NCBI GenBank assembly: GCA_965203805.1
Contig: OZ241917.1
Span: forward strand, 1,728,001 to 1,792,000
Length of the DNA: 64,000 nt
From: Candidatus Latescibacterota bacterium
Lineage (GTDB): Bacteria; Latescibacterota; UBA2968; GCA-2709665
Reading direction: 5' to 3'
This document shows, one piece after another, positions 10,184-20,139 of the stretch (positions are counted from its first letter, which is position 1; each line of letters opens with the position of its first letter). The notes below the pieces were generated by a model that was not told the origin of the DNA, searched no databases, and saw only the letters and a list, made by a program, of their open reading frames with translations. Position numbers and translations under genes: made by a program.

Positions 10184-11169
10184 CGCGAAGAGGCCTGCCC
10201 TCTCGCCTTGCGCAGCAGTTCGACCTGGTATTCCAGACCGAGCAATCCCTCTTCTCCTGTAACGACGGCCCGACGGCCCGTGCCGCGCACGTTGGAAACG
10301 AATGCCTCGACCAGAATGTGGAGAAAATCGTCACATTCCAACGATTCACTCCCGTGGAGGAGCCGCGCGCGATAGATTCCACACGTATCCGCGTACCCTT
10401 CCCAATCCACCATGAATCCGTTGACACCAAACCGCCGCGCCGGATCGCCCTCGTCGATATCCCGCAATACCAGATCTATCGAGCAGGTGCCGCGGGTGCC
10501 GACGTAGTCGAAGCTCGCCCGATTCTCACGCTCTTGGATTTCGCAGAACGCCGATGCAGCATCCATCGTGCCGTCCGGAAGAAAGCCGATCACCAGGCTC
10601 AAGGCGTGCGGAGCGACGTCGGCCCAGATTTCCTCGAAATATTTCGGCCCTCTCCGGCCCTTCACCTCCATCTCCATCGAAATACGGGTCACGTCGTCCC
10701 ACGACCCGCGGACCCGCTCGTAAAGCGCCTTGTAGTGCGGGATGCCCGCCGGATACTGCGCGGACACCCCAAGCATTCGACCGGCGTCCCGTGCACTCGC
10801 CACGATCGCCCGTCCGTCTTCGAGAATCTCGTCCAATGCTTTTTCCCGGTCCCAGCAGAACGGCTTTTCGCAAAGAACGTGTGCCCCGGCGTCGAGGGCC
10901 GCAAGCGCGTGATCCCTGTGCATCGGATACGGGCTCGTTACCGCGACAATGTCAGGGGCTTCCACCCGAAGCATCGCCTCCACGTCCACGTACGCCCGGC
11001 CGCTGAATCCGAAATACGACGCCAGCCGTGCGCGTGTGCGATCGCACGACTCGCGCGAAGTGCCGGCGAACGCAACCACCTCGCACCCGGAGAGATCGTA
11101 CCACCGGGCGTGATGCTGGCCGATACCGCTGGCGCCGATGACCGCGACTCTGAGAGGCCTGTTGTTCAT
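10180..11169 (-). CDS. Gfo/Idh/MocA family oxidoreductase
   Basis: VAVIGASGIG and HVLCEKP motifs. Confidence 0.88.
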   Translation of the reverse strand: MNNRPLRVAVIGASGIGQHHARWYDLSGCEVVAFAGTSRESCDRTRARLASYFGFSGRAYVDVEAMLRVEAPDIVAVTSPYPMHRDHALAALDAGAHVLCEKPFCWDREKALDEILEDGRAIVASARDAGRMLGVSAQYPAGIPHYKALYERVRGSWDDVTRISMEMEVKGRRGPKYFEEIWADVAPHALSLVIGFLPDGTMDAASAFCEIQERENRASFDYVGTRGTCSIDLVLRDIDEGDPARRFGVNGFMVDWEGYADTCGIYRARLLHGSESLECDDFLHILVEAFVSNVRGTGRRAVVTGEEGLLGLEYQVELLRKARGQASSR

Positions 11170-11442
11170 GGACTCCAACCCAATAGCGAGTTTAAAGTCG
11201 GTTTCACGTAAAATAGAAATCCTCGATATCGTATCCAATTATTTTTTTCTTCGCTGTGCGCGAGTCCGTCGCAATCCGCGGCGCGAGGTGATCGGTCGCG
11301 TGAGAACCAACTCTTGACGTGGTCGCTCGCTGCGGCTTCCGGTCCGCAAGGAAGACCGTCCTGCTGACGCGCGAGATGGTCTTCATGTTTATGGGCGGTA
11401 AAGGAACTCCTTGTTTTTTTTTTGCTTTTTGATATTATTAGA

Positions 11443-13123
11443 CCCGACCTATTCATGAAATTGACCGGAACAGTATTTTTGGAAGTAGGAAGTGTTCTGT
11501 AGAAGAGAAAACAATAGAATGAGGTGTTGTTGGCGGGTTGATGAGTGATTTTGGTTGGGCCGTCAGCATCAAGGGGTGTCGAGTTCGTGAATTTGTGGTT
11601 TGAGAGGACGGACGGATGCCTTGGTCTTACCTGGCGGCTATGATCAAGGGATGGCGGGACCTGCGTGAAGCGGCGTTATGGAACTGCCATTGCCAAATTA
11701 CAGAGGATGGTGTCATAGAGGTGTTTCAAGGGAAATGAGGTTGGCAAATGGAGTTTGATTTTGGTTTTGAGTTCGGACACGCTCCCTGCGACTTTGAGGA
11801 TGCGATTCTGAATGGTATTAAACTGGGCGTGCGTCCATTGGGTGGTCCGGAGTCCTTTTTCGGTAAGGGTGTGCATCAAGACATAAGCGGCACTATGCAG
11901 CAGGAGACGGAAGTGATTGGCTTCGAAGGTGTGGCAGGAGGTGCGATCGGAATGGAGAAAGGTTTTGTGATTCTTGATGAAGTTTTCCATCCTGCCGCGC
12001 GCACAATAGACGGTTTTGTAGATGAATGAGGGCTGGCTACTTTTCAGGTTGGTGACGACAAAGCGTGTATTGGCTTGCCCCGAGGCGGTGATTTCAGCTT
12101 TGTAGATGATGCGTCTTGGCACGGCCCAAGTCGTTGCCTGGTAATCGAAACTGGCAAATAACTGCACGGGCTGTCCGGTTTCCCGATACCGGGCCTTTGC
12201 CTGCTCGATCAACGCGTGTCCCCGTTGTGCAAGCCTGGCATTGCCCGTCTGTCCCAGCGTAAAATACACCGCTTGCTCGTCGCAAAAGTCGTGGACCTCA
12301 GGACAGGAAAAATGGCCATCGCCACGTAAATAGATACCCACGTCCGGCCACGCCTCACGAAGCATTTTCACCAGTCGCTTGAGAATGCTGACAATCTGTT
12401 TGCCGGTAGGACGGGCGCCCGGACGCAAAAGCGTCGTGATCAGTCTTCCTGTCCGGCCTTCATAAATGTGCAAGGGACAATAACAGCGTTCATTGTAATA
12501 GCCATTGAAAAACGACAACTGTTGCTTGCCGTGAACCTCGTCATCGGTGTCATCGATATCCAGAACGACCCCTTCGGGAGGCCTATCGTAGGACGCGATG
12601 AATCCGTCCACAAGGGCCTCGGCAATGCGATATAAGTCCCGGCGACGAATGCCGTTTTCCAATCGACTCATCGTGGGTTGGCTGGCCAACGGCGCCCCTG
12701 ATATCGGCAACCGATCACAGGCCGCCTTGAACGCAGGGTCAAAGCGCAGCAAATTGCAATCGTTCGCATCCTCATACGCGCACGCGATCTGAAAGACACG
12801 CTGGCTGATCAGATCCGCCATCGGGTGATCCACGTAACTGGGATGCCGACGGTCCGGCAACGCCTCGACGATCCGAGACAGGATGCCGTTTTTGGACTCC
12901 ACCTCTCGAAGCAGCATCAAACCCATATCGCTGGTGAGCACACCGCCATCGAAGACCGCTTCTACCTGCTTGCCAGAAATACTTGCGAAAGGAAGTGCGG
13001 CTTGTTTATCTTGAACTTCCACGGTAGTTTCCTCCTGTTTCATTGTGTTATGGTTATTTGCGTAACCACAATATAATACAATGACTTGGGTATGGAAACT
13101 ACCTTTTTTGTGAATAATTGGGG
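11443..13123 (-). mobile_element. IS1380-family insertion sequence, 1681 bp
   Basis: Imperfect terminal IRs CCCCAATTATTCAC / CCCGACCTATTCAT; 5-bp direct repeat TTAGA at 11438-11442 and 13124-13128. Confidence 0.9.
11676..13043 (-). CDS. IS1380 family DDE transposase
   Basis: FDGGVLTSDMG, YEDANDC, ASQPTMSRLEN, LDIDDT, LRGDGHF, YCARGRMENFIK. Confidence 0.95.
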   Translation of the reverse strand: MKQEETTVEVQDKQAALPFASISGKQVEAVFDGGVLTSDMGLMLLREVESKNGILSRIVEALPDRRHPSYVDHPMADLISQRVFQIACAYEDANDCNLLRFDPAFKAACDRLPISGAPLASQPTMSRLENGIRRRDLYRIAEALVDGFIASYDRPPEGVVLDIDDTDDEVHGKQQLSFFNGYYNERCYCPLHIYEGRTGRLITTLLRPGARPTGKQIVSILKRLVKMLREAWPDVGIYLRGDGHFSCPEVHDFCDEQAVYFTLGQTGNARLAQRGHALIEQAKARYRETGQPVQLFASFDYQATTWAVPRRIIYKAEITASGQANTRFVVTNLKSSQPSFIYKTVYCARGRMENFIKNHKTFLHSDRTSCHTFEANHFRLLLHSAAYVLMHTLTEKGLRTTQWTHAQFNTIQNRILKVAGSVSELKTKIKLHLPTSFPLKHLYDTILCNLAMAVP

Positions 13124-13249
13124 TTAGACTCCCTCGTCTGTCGAGTCATCGTCGAATAAATCCGCTGAGCCGTCACGCAACGACGTCGCGCGGACCCGGA
13201 GTATCGCATTCGTTTCTGCTTTGCTCTTCCGTCCGCAAGGAGGACGTGG

Positions 13250-13759
13250 ATGATCAAAGAGAATGTCCAGGCCGCCTTGAACGAACAGTTGAATTCCGAG
13301 CTGTACGCCTCGTATTACTATCTTTCGATGTCCGCCTACTTTCATGCCTCCAACCTGACGGGATTCGCCTCCTGGATGCGCGCGCAGGCCCAGGAGGAAT
13401 TGATGCACGCCATGAAAATCTATGACTTTATCAACGACCGGGAGGGCGAGGTGGTCCTCACTACGGTCGCGGCGCCCAACCAGCAATGGGATGACTCCCT
13501 GGCGGCATTCGAAGATGCCTTTCAGCACGAGAAGGCGGTGACCGCCCAGATATACGACCTGGTGGACCTGAGCGTCAAGGAAAGAGACCACGCCACCAAC
13601 ACTTTCCTGCAGTGGTTCGTCACCGAACAGGTTGAAGAAGAGGCCACCGCAAGCGACATCGTCAACAAGCTGAAACTCGTCGGCAACGACGGCAATGGCC
13701 TGTTCATTCTGGATCGTGATCTGGGTGCTCGAGGACCGGAAACCGAAGAAGAGGATTAG
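13250..13759 (+). CDS. ftnA: Ferritin
   Basis: LNEQLNSELYASYYYLSM, EELMHA, QHEKAVT, FLQWFVTEQVEEE ferroxidase residues; AGGAGG RBS. Confidence 0.95.
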   Translation: MIKENVQAALNEQLNSELYASYYYLSMSAYFHASNLTGFASWMRAQAQEELMHAMKIYDFINDREGEVVLTTVAAPNQQWDDSLAAFEDAFQHEKAVTAQIYDLVDLSVKERDHATNTFLQWFVTEQVEEEATASDIVNKLKLVGNDGNGLFILDRDLGARGPETEEED

Positions 13760-13837
13760 ACAGTAAGGCCGTCCGGCTGTGCCTCCGGCGAAATGATTCA
13801 TTATGATTTCTTCGCAGAAAAAATCTTCTTTCCTGTA

Positions 13838-13866
13838 TTGACAAATCTGCAATCGTATGTTATCTT
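13838..13866 (+). promoter_or_regulatory. Sigma70 promoter with extended -10
   Basis: TTGACA-17 nt-TATCTT with TG at 13858-13859 and an AT-rich upstream tract. Confidence 0.7.
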
Positions 13867-14343
13867 GCTATTTCACAGGGCTTTCTGTTCATAGAAAGTC
13901 CAGAAAGCGAATTTGGTAATCGGAGTCGAACGCGGTTTCAGCCGTCACCCCTCGGCATTGAAACTTTGATTCCGGCGAACAACAACGCTCCGGCCGGGTA
14001 CGCCCCGGGCGGAGCACCTTGGATTCCTTACCAGGAAGTCGAATCGGGAAACGTTACCCCTAACTGGTTCCCGGCTGAATCTTCAGCTTTCCCCGCGGGT
14101 TCAACGCCTCGCCCCAAGAGGGGTTGAACTTTCCGAAGTTTCCTTCTCCCTTTTTCATTTGCTCCCCTTTGCAGACTGTGTTGTTCACGTTCATGGTCGG
14201 CACTTTCGAACCTGTGTGTCGCGGGTAGTGTGTTTTGCCCGACCAGGATCTGTCCGCGCGCGAGTCCCGGTCGTTTCCGGATGGATCGACGTGACGCCGG
14301 GTACCGGCACGCAGCCGACCGCACCATTGTCTGGGGGAAAGAA

Positions 14344-15225
14344 ATGCCTGCAACAGCAACGAGCCAGCAGAATGGAATCTCGTCACGGGGAAAAAAGCGG
14401 TCAGCACTCGAGCTCTATCTCAAGGACATCGCCTATAACGACTTGCTGACGCCACAACAGGAAGTGGCACTGGCCAAGCGTATCCGGGCCGGAGACCGCA
14501 AGAGCCTGGAACAGATGGTCGAGTCCAACCTCCGGTTCGTCATCACCATCGCCAAGGAATATCAGGGTCGCGGATTGCCCCTCGAAGATCTGATTGCCGA
14601 GGGTAATCTGGGGCTGGTTCGCGCGGCGACGCGGTACGATGAAACAGTTGGTGTCAAGTTTACTACCTATGCTGTCTGGTGGATCCGGCAGGGCATTCTC
14701 TCATCGCTTGCGGAAAAGGCCCGTATGGTCCGCCTGCCGGTGAACAAGATCAAACATCTGTGCCGGATGGAGAGGATTGCCTCGAACCTCAAACAGAAAC
14801 TTGGCAGAGAACCGAGCATCGACGAGATCGCGGTGGGGGCGGACATGCAGCCCAAACAGGCGCAGGACCTGCTGAACGCGTCGCGTTGGCACGTGTCCCT
14901 GGATATGCCGCTGGAAGAGGGCCCGGATTCGTCTCTGCTCGAAGTGCTCGAAGACAAGGACCAGGTATCGCCCGAAAACGAAGTGATGGAACAGGCGATG
15001 GCCGAAGAAATCCGAGCCGCGCTGGATTCCCTGTCTTCCCGCGAAGCGCGTATCTTGCGTCTCTATTTCGGCATCAATGGCCAGGACACCATGACACTGG
15101 AACAGATCGGCAATCAACTCAGCCTCACCAAGGAACGCGTCCGGCAGATTCGGGACAAAGCCCTTGCCGCGCTTAAACATCCGTCGCGAATGCGTAAGAT
15201 CCGCGCATACCTTACGGAGAACTGA
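14344..15225 (+). CDS. RNA polymerase sigma factor, RpoD/SigA family (no region 1.1)
   Basis: LELYLKDI (1.2), NLRFVITIAK, DLIAEGNLGL, KFTTYAVWWIRQ, TLEQIG...TKERVRQI. Confidence 0.93.
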   Translation: MPATATSQQNGISSRGKKRSALELYLKDIAYNDLLTPQQEVALAKRIRAGDRKSLEQMVESNLRFVITIAKEYQGRGLPLEDLIAEGNLGLVRAATRYDETVGVKFTTYAVWWIRQGILSSLAEKARMVRLPVNKIKHLCRMERIASNLKQKLGREPSIDEIAVGADMQPKQAQDLLNASRWHVSLDMPLEEGPDSSLLEVLEDKDQVSPENEVMEQAMAEEIRAALDSLSSREARILRLYFGINGQDTMTLEQIGNQLSLTKERVRQIRDKALAALKHPSRMRKIRAYLTEN

Positions 15226-15230
15226 GCATC

Positions 15231-15665
15231 GTGGCACAAGATACGGCCAACAACCCGGAAGCTTCTTTAAGGGGCGCCGTGTCCCCGGTTCTGGACATCG
15301 TCGGGGTGCATCACATCACCCTCGTCGTGCGCAACGTGAATAAGTCCAGGTCCTTTTATGAGAAATTTCTGGGCCTGGACCCCATTCCGCGGCCCGATTA
15401 CGATTTCGAAGGCGCCTGGTATCAATGCGGAGGCGTGGAAATACACCTCCTTGTTGCGGAAGAACACCCGGATCCGTCGAGGCGCCACATCGCGCTTGAA
15501 GTCACCGACTTTGAGCGCGTGATCAAATCTCTCGATGGCGAGTGGGTGCACGTCGTGGGCGGTCCGGGCGTCAGAACACACGACGGAAGCCGGTTCGTGT
15601 TTCTCCAGGACCCCGATGGAAATCTGATAGAAATCACCTGCAGGAGGTCAAAAAAGAAAGATTGA
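15231..15665 (+). CDS. VOC/glyoxalase family protein
   Basis: VHHITL, HIALEV, DPDGNLIEI. Confidence 0.88.
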   Translation: MAQDTANNPEASLRGAVSPVLDIVGVHHITLVVRNVNKSRSFYEKFLGLDPIPRPDYDFEGAWYQCGGVEIHLLVAEEHPDPSRRHIALEVTDFERVIKSLDGEWVHVVGGPGVRTHDGSRFVFLQDPDGNLIEITCRRSKKKD

Positions 15666-15686
15666 ATTGCCGGTGAATGCAGAATG

Positions 15687-15726
15687 GGCAACGGGCCGCG
15701 ACAGCTGTCGCGGCCCGTTGCCTTTT
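15687..15726. terminator. Perfect 36-bp palindrome between convergent genes; probable terminator
   Basis: GGCAACGGGCCGCGACAG|CTGTCGCGGCCCGTTGCC followed by TTTT. Confidence 0.7.
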
Positions 15727-15749
15727 CAGTTCGGCAGGCAAATAGGAAG

Positions 15750-17216
15750 CTACCCGCCCTTTCCCGCACGCAGCACGGGCTTCCGTGCGGCCGTTGCTTC
15801 GTCCAGACGCCGAACGGGCGTGTGGTGCGGTGCGCTGTGCAACAGTTCGGGGGTTTTTTCTGCTTCGTCGGCAATACGGATCATGGCCTCGACAAATTCG
15901 TCGATCTGTTCCAGGCTTTCTGTCTCCGTGGGTTCAATCAGCATCGCTTCCGGCGCAACCCTCGGCAGCGGAAAATAAATCGTGGGCGGATGATGGCCAT
16001 AGTCGATCAGTCTCTTGGCGATATCCAGGGCGCTTACGCCACTGGTCTTCTTCTGCCGCGACGCCGAGAACACCATTTCGTGCATGGGCTGCGCCGATTT
16101 GGGTCGATCGAAGGTACCATCCAGCCGGCTGGCGATGTAATTCGCGTTCAGAACGGCCATTTCGCTTGTTCGCCGCATGCCTTCCGCACCCAGCATTCTG
16201 GCGTAGACGTAGGCGCGGATCACCATCCCGAAATTCCCAAAGAACGTACTGACCTTGCCGATCGACCGGGGGAGATCGTAGTCCAGTCCGAAGCGATCGC
16301 CTTCTCTCTTGACGACGGGGACAGGCAGATAGGGCAGTAGCGCTTCCTTTACACCGACCGGCCCGGACCCCGGACCGCCGCCCCCATGCGGCGTCGTGAA
16401 GGTCTTGTGCAAGTTGATGTGGACGACGTCGAAACCCATGTCTCCTGGCCGGCATTGTCCAAGGAATGCGTTTAGATTGGCGCCGTCGTAATAGAGCAAC
16501 CCGCCGCCGTCGTGGACCACCTGCTGGATTTCCAGGATTTCATCCTCGAAAACGCCGAAGGTATTGGGGTTGGTCAGCATCAATCCCGCGACCCGATGGT
16601 TCATCTTTGCTTTCAGATCCGCGACAGCGACGGTCCCGCGGTCCGTAGACTTCAACGTTTCCACCTGAAAGCCGCACATCGCCGCGGTCGCGGGGTTTGT
16701 TCCGTGGGCTGAATCCGGGATCAGCACGATCTGCCTGCGATCCTGCCTCTCGCGGTGGTACGCCGCGATCAAAGAGATGCCGACGAATTCACCCTGCGCT
16801 CCGGCAGCCGGCTGAAACGTGAAACCGTCCATTCCCGTTACGGCGGCCAATATCCCGTCCATTTCCCACAGGACGCGTAACGCCGCCTGGGAGGAAACTG
16901 CGTCCGCGAGGGGGTGCAATCCCGCGAAATCGGGCAGACGTGCGGCGCGTTCGTGTATCTTGGGATTGTACTTCATCGTACATGAACCCAGCGGATAGAA
17001 CGCGGTATCAATACTGAAGTTCATGGACGAAAGATTCACGTAATGCCGTACCAGTTCCAGTTCGCTGACTTCCGGCAGCGCGGGTGCGTCTTTCCGGTAC
17101 ATTTCGTCCGGTATGGGTACTGCCGGATCGCCCGCATCCGGGAATGTCGCACAACGCCGCCCCGACTCACCGCGCTCAAATATCAGCAGATCCCGATCCA
17201 TCAGAGTTCTCTCCAT
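15750..17216 (-). CDS. gcvPB: Glycine dehydrogenase (decarboxylating) subunit 2
   Basis: YPLGSCTMKYNPK, SAHGTNPA, NLHKTF (PLP lysine), PHGGGGPG, IEPTETES. Confidence 0.97.
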   Translation of the reverse strand: MERTLMDRDLLIFERGESGRRCATFPDAGDPAVPIPDEMYRKDAPALPEVSELELVRHYVNLSSMNFSIDTAFYPLGSCTMKYNPKIHERAARLPDFAGLHPLADAVSSQAALRVLWEMDGILAAVTGMDGFTFQPAAGAQGEFVGISLIAAYHRERQDRRQIVLIPDSAHGTNPATAAMCGFQVETLKSTDRGTVAVADLKAKMNHRVAGLMLTNPNTFGVFEDEILEIQQVVHDGGGLLYYDGANLNAFLGQCRPGDMGFDVVHINLHKTFTTPHGGGGPGSGPVGVKEALLPYLPVPVVKREGDRFGLDYDLPRSIGKVSTFFGNFGMVIRAYVYARMLGAEGMRRTSEMAVLNANYIASRLDGTFDRPKSAQPMHEMVFSASRQKKTSGVSALDIAKRLIDYGHHPPTIYFPLPRVAPEAMLIEPTETESLEQIDEFVEAMIRIADEAEKTPELLHSAPHHTPVRRLDEATAARKPVLRAGKGG

Positions 17217-18538
17217 GCCTCAACCAGTCGCGCCACATCCGCTCCGGTCTTCGTTTCGGTCACACATGTCAGAACGCACCGCTCCAATTCGGGGAAGAAC
17301 CGTCCCAGATCGATGCCGCCGGCGATGCCCTTTTCCCGCAACGACTGCAGCGCTTCACGCGCAGGACGGGGCGTTTCAATTACGAACTCGTTGAACGACG
17401 CACCGGAGAACTTCACGGATAGCCCATCGACGTCGCTCAGAGCGGACGCGGCTTCGTGACTGCGGTTCCAGTTCAACGTTCCCACTTCCCGCAGACCATC
17501 CGGACCCAGCGATGCAAGATAGACAGTCGCGGCTGTCGCGCACAGCGTCTGATTCGTGCAGATATTCGAGGTCGCCCGTTCCCGGCGAATGTGCTGTTCG
17601 CGCGTCTGAAGCGTCATCACGAACCCCCGCCTCCCGTCCGCGTCGGTCGTCTGACCGACCACCCGCCCGGGCATGCGTCGAATATGCCGGTCCCGCGTGG
17701 CGAACATTCCCACGTAGGGACCCCCGTAGGACAACGGCAGACCCAGAGGCTGACCGTCGCCCACGACAATGTCCGCTCCGAAGTCTCCCGGCGGCCGGAT
17801 CACCCCCAGAGAAATCGGATTCACCGCCGCGACATATGCGGTTTTGCGATTCTGCAACAGGCTTCCCAATGCTTCCAGCGGTTCCAGCACGCCCACAAAA
17901 TTCGGATTCTGCACAACGACCGCGGCGGTGTCGTCGTTCAACTCCGACTCGACCCGTTCCAGGTCGATCGTTCCCGCATCCGTCCAGGGAATTTCCGCCA
18001 ATTCCAATCCGATGCCGTGTACATACGTCTCGACGACACGCCGGTAAAAGGGGTGGAGGCTGCGCGGCAGCAGTACCCGGCCGCCGTCGTTAATCCTCAC
18101 AGCCATCATCACTGCCTCCGCCAGGGCGGACGCACCGTCGTACATGGAGGCATTGGCCACCTCCATGCCGGTCAATTCGCAGACCATCGTCTGGAATTCG
18201 AAAATCGCCCGCAGCGTACCCTGGCTCACCTCCGCCTGATATGGCGTATACGCCGTGTAGAACTCGCTGCGCGAAATCATCGCATCGACGACGCTGGGCG
18301 TAAAATGCTCGTAGGCGCCACCGCCCACGAACGAAAGCGCGGGCGCCTGCTCCCGCGCTGATCGGGCGAGATCCTGCACCAGGCCCAACGCCTCCATTTC
18401 GCTGACCCCGGCGGGCAGATCCAGGGATGACAGCCGAAGGGTCTCCGGGACCGGATCAAATAACGCCGCTGTTGAATCGATCCCGATCGTTTCCAGCATC
18501 TTCTGTATATCTTGATCCGTATGCGGAGTATAATTCAC
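17201..18538 (-). CDS. gcvPA: Glycine dehydrogenase (decarboxylating) subunit 1
   Basis: EFYTAYTPYQAEVSQG, NASMYDGA, TREQHIRRERATSNICTNQ. Confidence 0.97.
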   Translation of the reverse strand: MNYTPHTDQDIQKMLETIGIDSTAALFDPVPETLRLSSLDLPAGVSEMEALGLVQDLARSAREQAPALSFVGGGAYEHFTPSVVDAMISRSEFYTAYTPYQAEVSQGTLRAIFEFQTMVCELTGMEVANASMYDGASALAEAVMMAVRINDGGRVLLPRSLHPFYRRVVETYVHGIGLELAEIPWTDAGTIDLERVESELNDDTAAVVVQNPNFVGVLEPLEALGSLLQNRKTAYVAAVNPISLGVIRPPGDFGADIVVGDGQPLGLPLSYGGPYVGMFATRDRHIRRMPGRVVGQTTDADGRRGFVMTLQTREQHIRRERATSNICTNQTLCATAATVYLASLGPDGLREVGTLNWNRSHEAASALSDVDGLSVKFSGASFNEFVIETPRPAREALQSLREKGIAGGIDLGRFFPELERCVLTCVTETKTGADVARLVEAWREL

Positions 18539-18575
18539 TGGCAGAACCTCGAATATTGAAACGGTTCAGCGGTTT

Positions 18576-19298
18576 CTATCTCTTCCGATAGGTATAATCC
18601 AAAGCATCTCCGGGTTGCCACCCCAGAATCCGCTTTGCTTTCTCGTTTGAAAACTGCCCGTGCGGGCGATCACTGAAAATATTGAACGCCTCGCAACGCG
18701 ACGGCAATTCGTCCAGTTCGATGGTCAACCCGGGCACGAACGCCGCGGCCGCGTCGCGCCAGGATACCAGAAACGACCGGTCCCGGGCCGGCTCCGTCGA
18801 CACGTCGTGATCCCGGAAGATGTAGAACAGATAACACAACACGTAGACGTCGCAATGCAACGTAAAGATCCGGCAGATTTCCTGGCCCAGCCCCTTGGAC
18901 AGCGCATACAGATTCGTACCTGGCTTCGGCGGCACGTCCGGGCCGATTCCATGGTCCCACGCCTCATAGGGTGCGCCCTGTACTGTAAAATGCGGACCCG
19001 TGTTGATGACTCGCCGGATCCCGTTCCTGACCGCCGCGCGCATGATGTTGTAACACCCGAGCGTGTTGACGTCGAATGCGACCTTTCGATGCGGCCGTAA
19101 GACGGACAGGTTGATGATCGCATCCATTCCCTCGGCCGCGCGCATCACCGCATCCGGGTCCGCCACGTCCACGGGCATCATCTCGTGCGGGGTGTCGAAC
19201 GGGTCCAGATCCGTTATGCGCAGCGAAACGTGCTCCTCCAGGGCCTTCACGACATGAGGCCCCAGCATGCCGTTGCCGCCATAAATCACAACCTTCAT
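18576..19298 (-). CDS. NAD(P)-dependent epimerase/dehydrogenase (extended SDR), paralog 2
   Basis: YGGNGMLG and YALSK (YxxxK); ORF-track N-terminal extension overlaps paralog 1 and is spurious. Confidence 0.85.
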   Translation of the reverse strand: MKVVIYGGNGMLGPHVVKALEEHVSLRITDLDPFDTPHEMMPVDVADPDAVMRAAEGMDAIINLSVLRPHRKVAFDVNTLGCYNIMRAAVRNGIRRVINTGPHFTVQGAPYEAWDHGIGPDVPPKPGTNLYALSKGLGQEICRIFTLHCDVYVLCYLFYIFRDHDVSTEPARDRSFLVSWRDAAAAFVPGLTIELDELPSRCEAFNIFSDRPHGQFSNEKAKRILGWQPGDALDYTYRKR

Positions 19299-19384
19299 TT
19301 CCATCTCCAATCGCGCCCGGACATCCGTGGCGTTTGCGGCGCGCCGTATGATGTACCGGCGCCGGCCCGCGGATTCCCGGTTAT

Positions 19385-20125
19385 TTATTTTTTCATATAC
19401 GTGTATTCGAGCCCGTCTCTCGGCTGCCACCCCAGGATCCGTCTGGCCTTCGCGTTCGTAAAGTGCCCGTGCGGCCGGTCGCCGAGAATATTGAATACCT
19501 CGCATCTTGACGACAGACGCTCCAGTGGAATTTTCAATCCGGGTAGGAACGCGTCGGCGGCATCCCGCCACGTCACAATGAATGACCGGTCCTGAACCGG
19601 TTTCGAGGACGGGTCGTGACCGCGAAAACTCCAGAACAGGTAACACAGCACGTACACGTCGAAGTTCGAGGTGAAGATCCGGCAGATTTCCTGGCCCAAT
19701 CCCTTGGACAGCACATACAGACCCGTTCCGGGCCTGGGGGGCACGTCCGGACCGATGTGATAGTCCCAGTGCATGTAGGGGTCGCCCTGTACGGTAAAGT
19801 ACGGCCCCGTGTTGATGACCCGCCGGATCCCGTTCCTCACGGCCGCGCGCATCACGTTGTAGCATCCCAGGGTATTCACGTCGAACGCGATTTTTCGATG
19901 CGGCCGCAGAACGGACAGGTTGATGATCACGTCCATCCCTTCCGCCGCGCGCAAGACGGCCTCCGGGTCCGCCACGTCCACGGGCATCATCTCGTGGGAC
20001 GTCTCGAACGGCTCCAGGTCCGTGATCCGCAGGGACACGCGCCCTTCCAGCGCCTTTACGACATGCGGCCCCAGCATCCCGTTACCGCCGTAGATCACGA
20101 CTTTCATATTCGTCTCCATCGTCAC
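19385..20125 (-). CDS. NAD(P)-dependent epimerase/dehydrogenase (extended SDR), paralog 1
   Basis: YGGNGMLG and YVLSK. Confidence 0.85.
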   Translation of the reverse strand: MTMETNMKVVIYGGNGMLGPHVVKALEGRVSLRITDLEPFETSHEMMPVDVADPEAVLRAAEGMDVIINLSVLRPHRKIAFDVNTLGCYNVMRAAVRNGIRRVINTGPYFTVQGDPYMHWDYHIGPDVPPRPGTGLYVLSKGLGQEICRIFTSNFDVYVLCYLFWSFRGHDPSSKPVQDRSFIVTWRDAADAFLPGLKIPLERLSSRCEVFNILGDRPHGHFTNAKARRILGWQPRDGLEYTYMKK

Positions 20126-20139
20126 GCGGTGCTGACAAT

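Noticed and set aside
13124-13852. 242-aa minus-strand ORF
   Set aside because: Antisense to ferritin and overlapping the promoter region.
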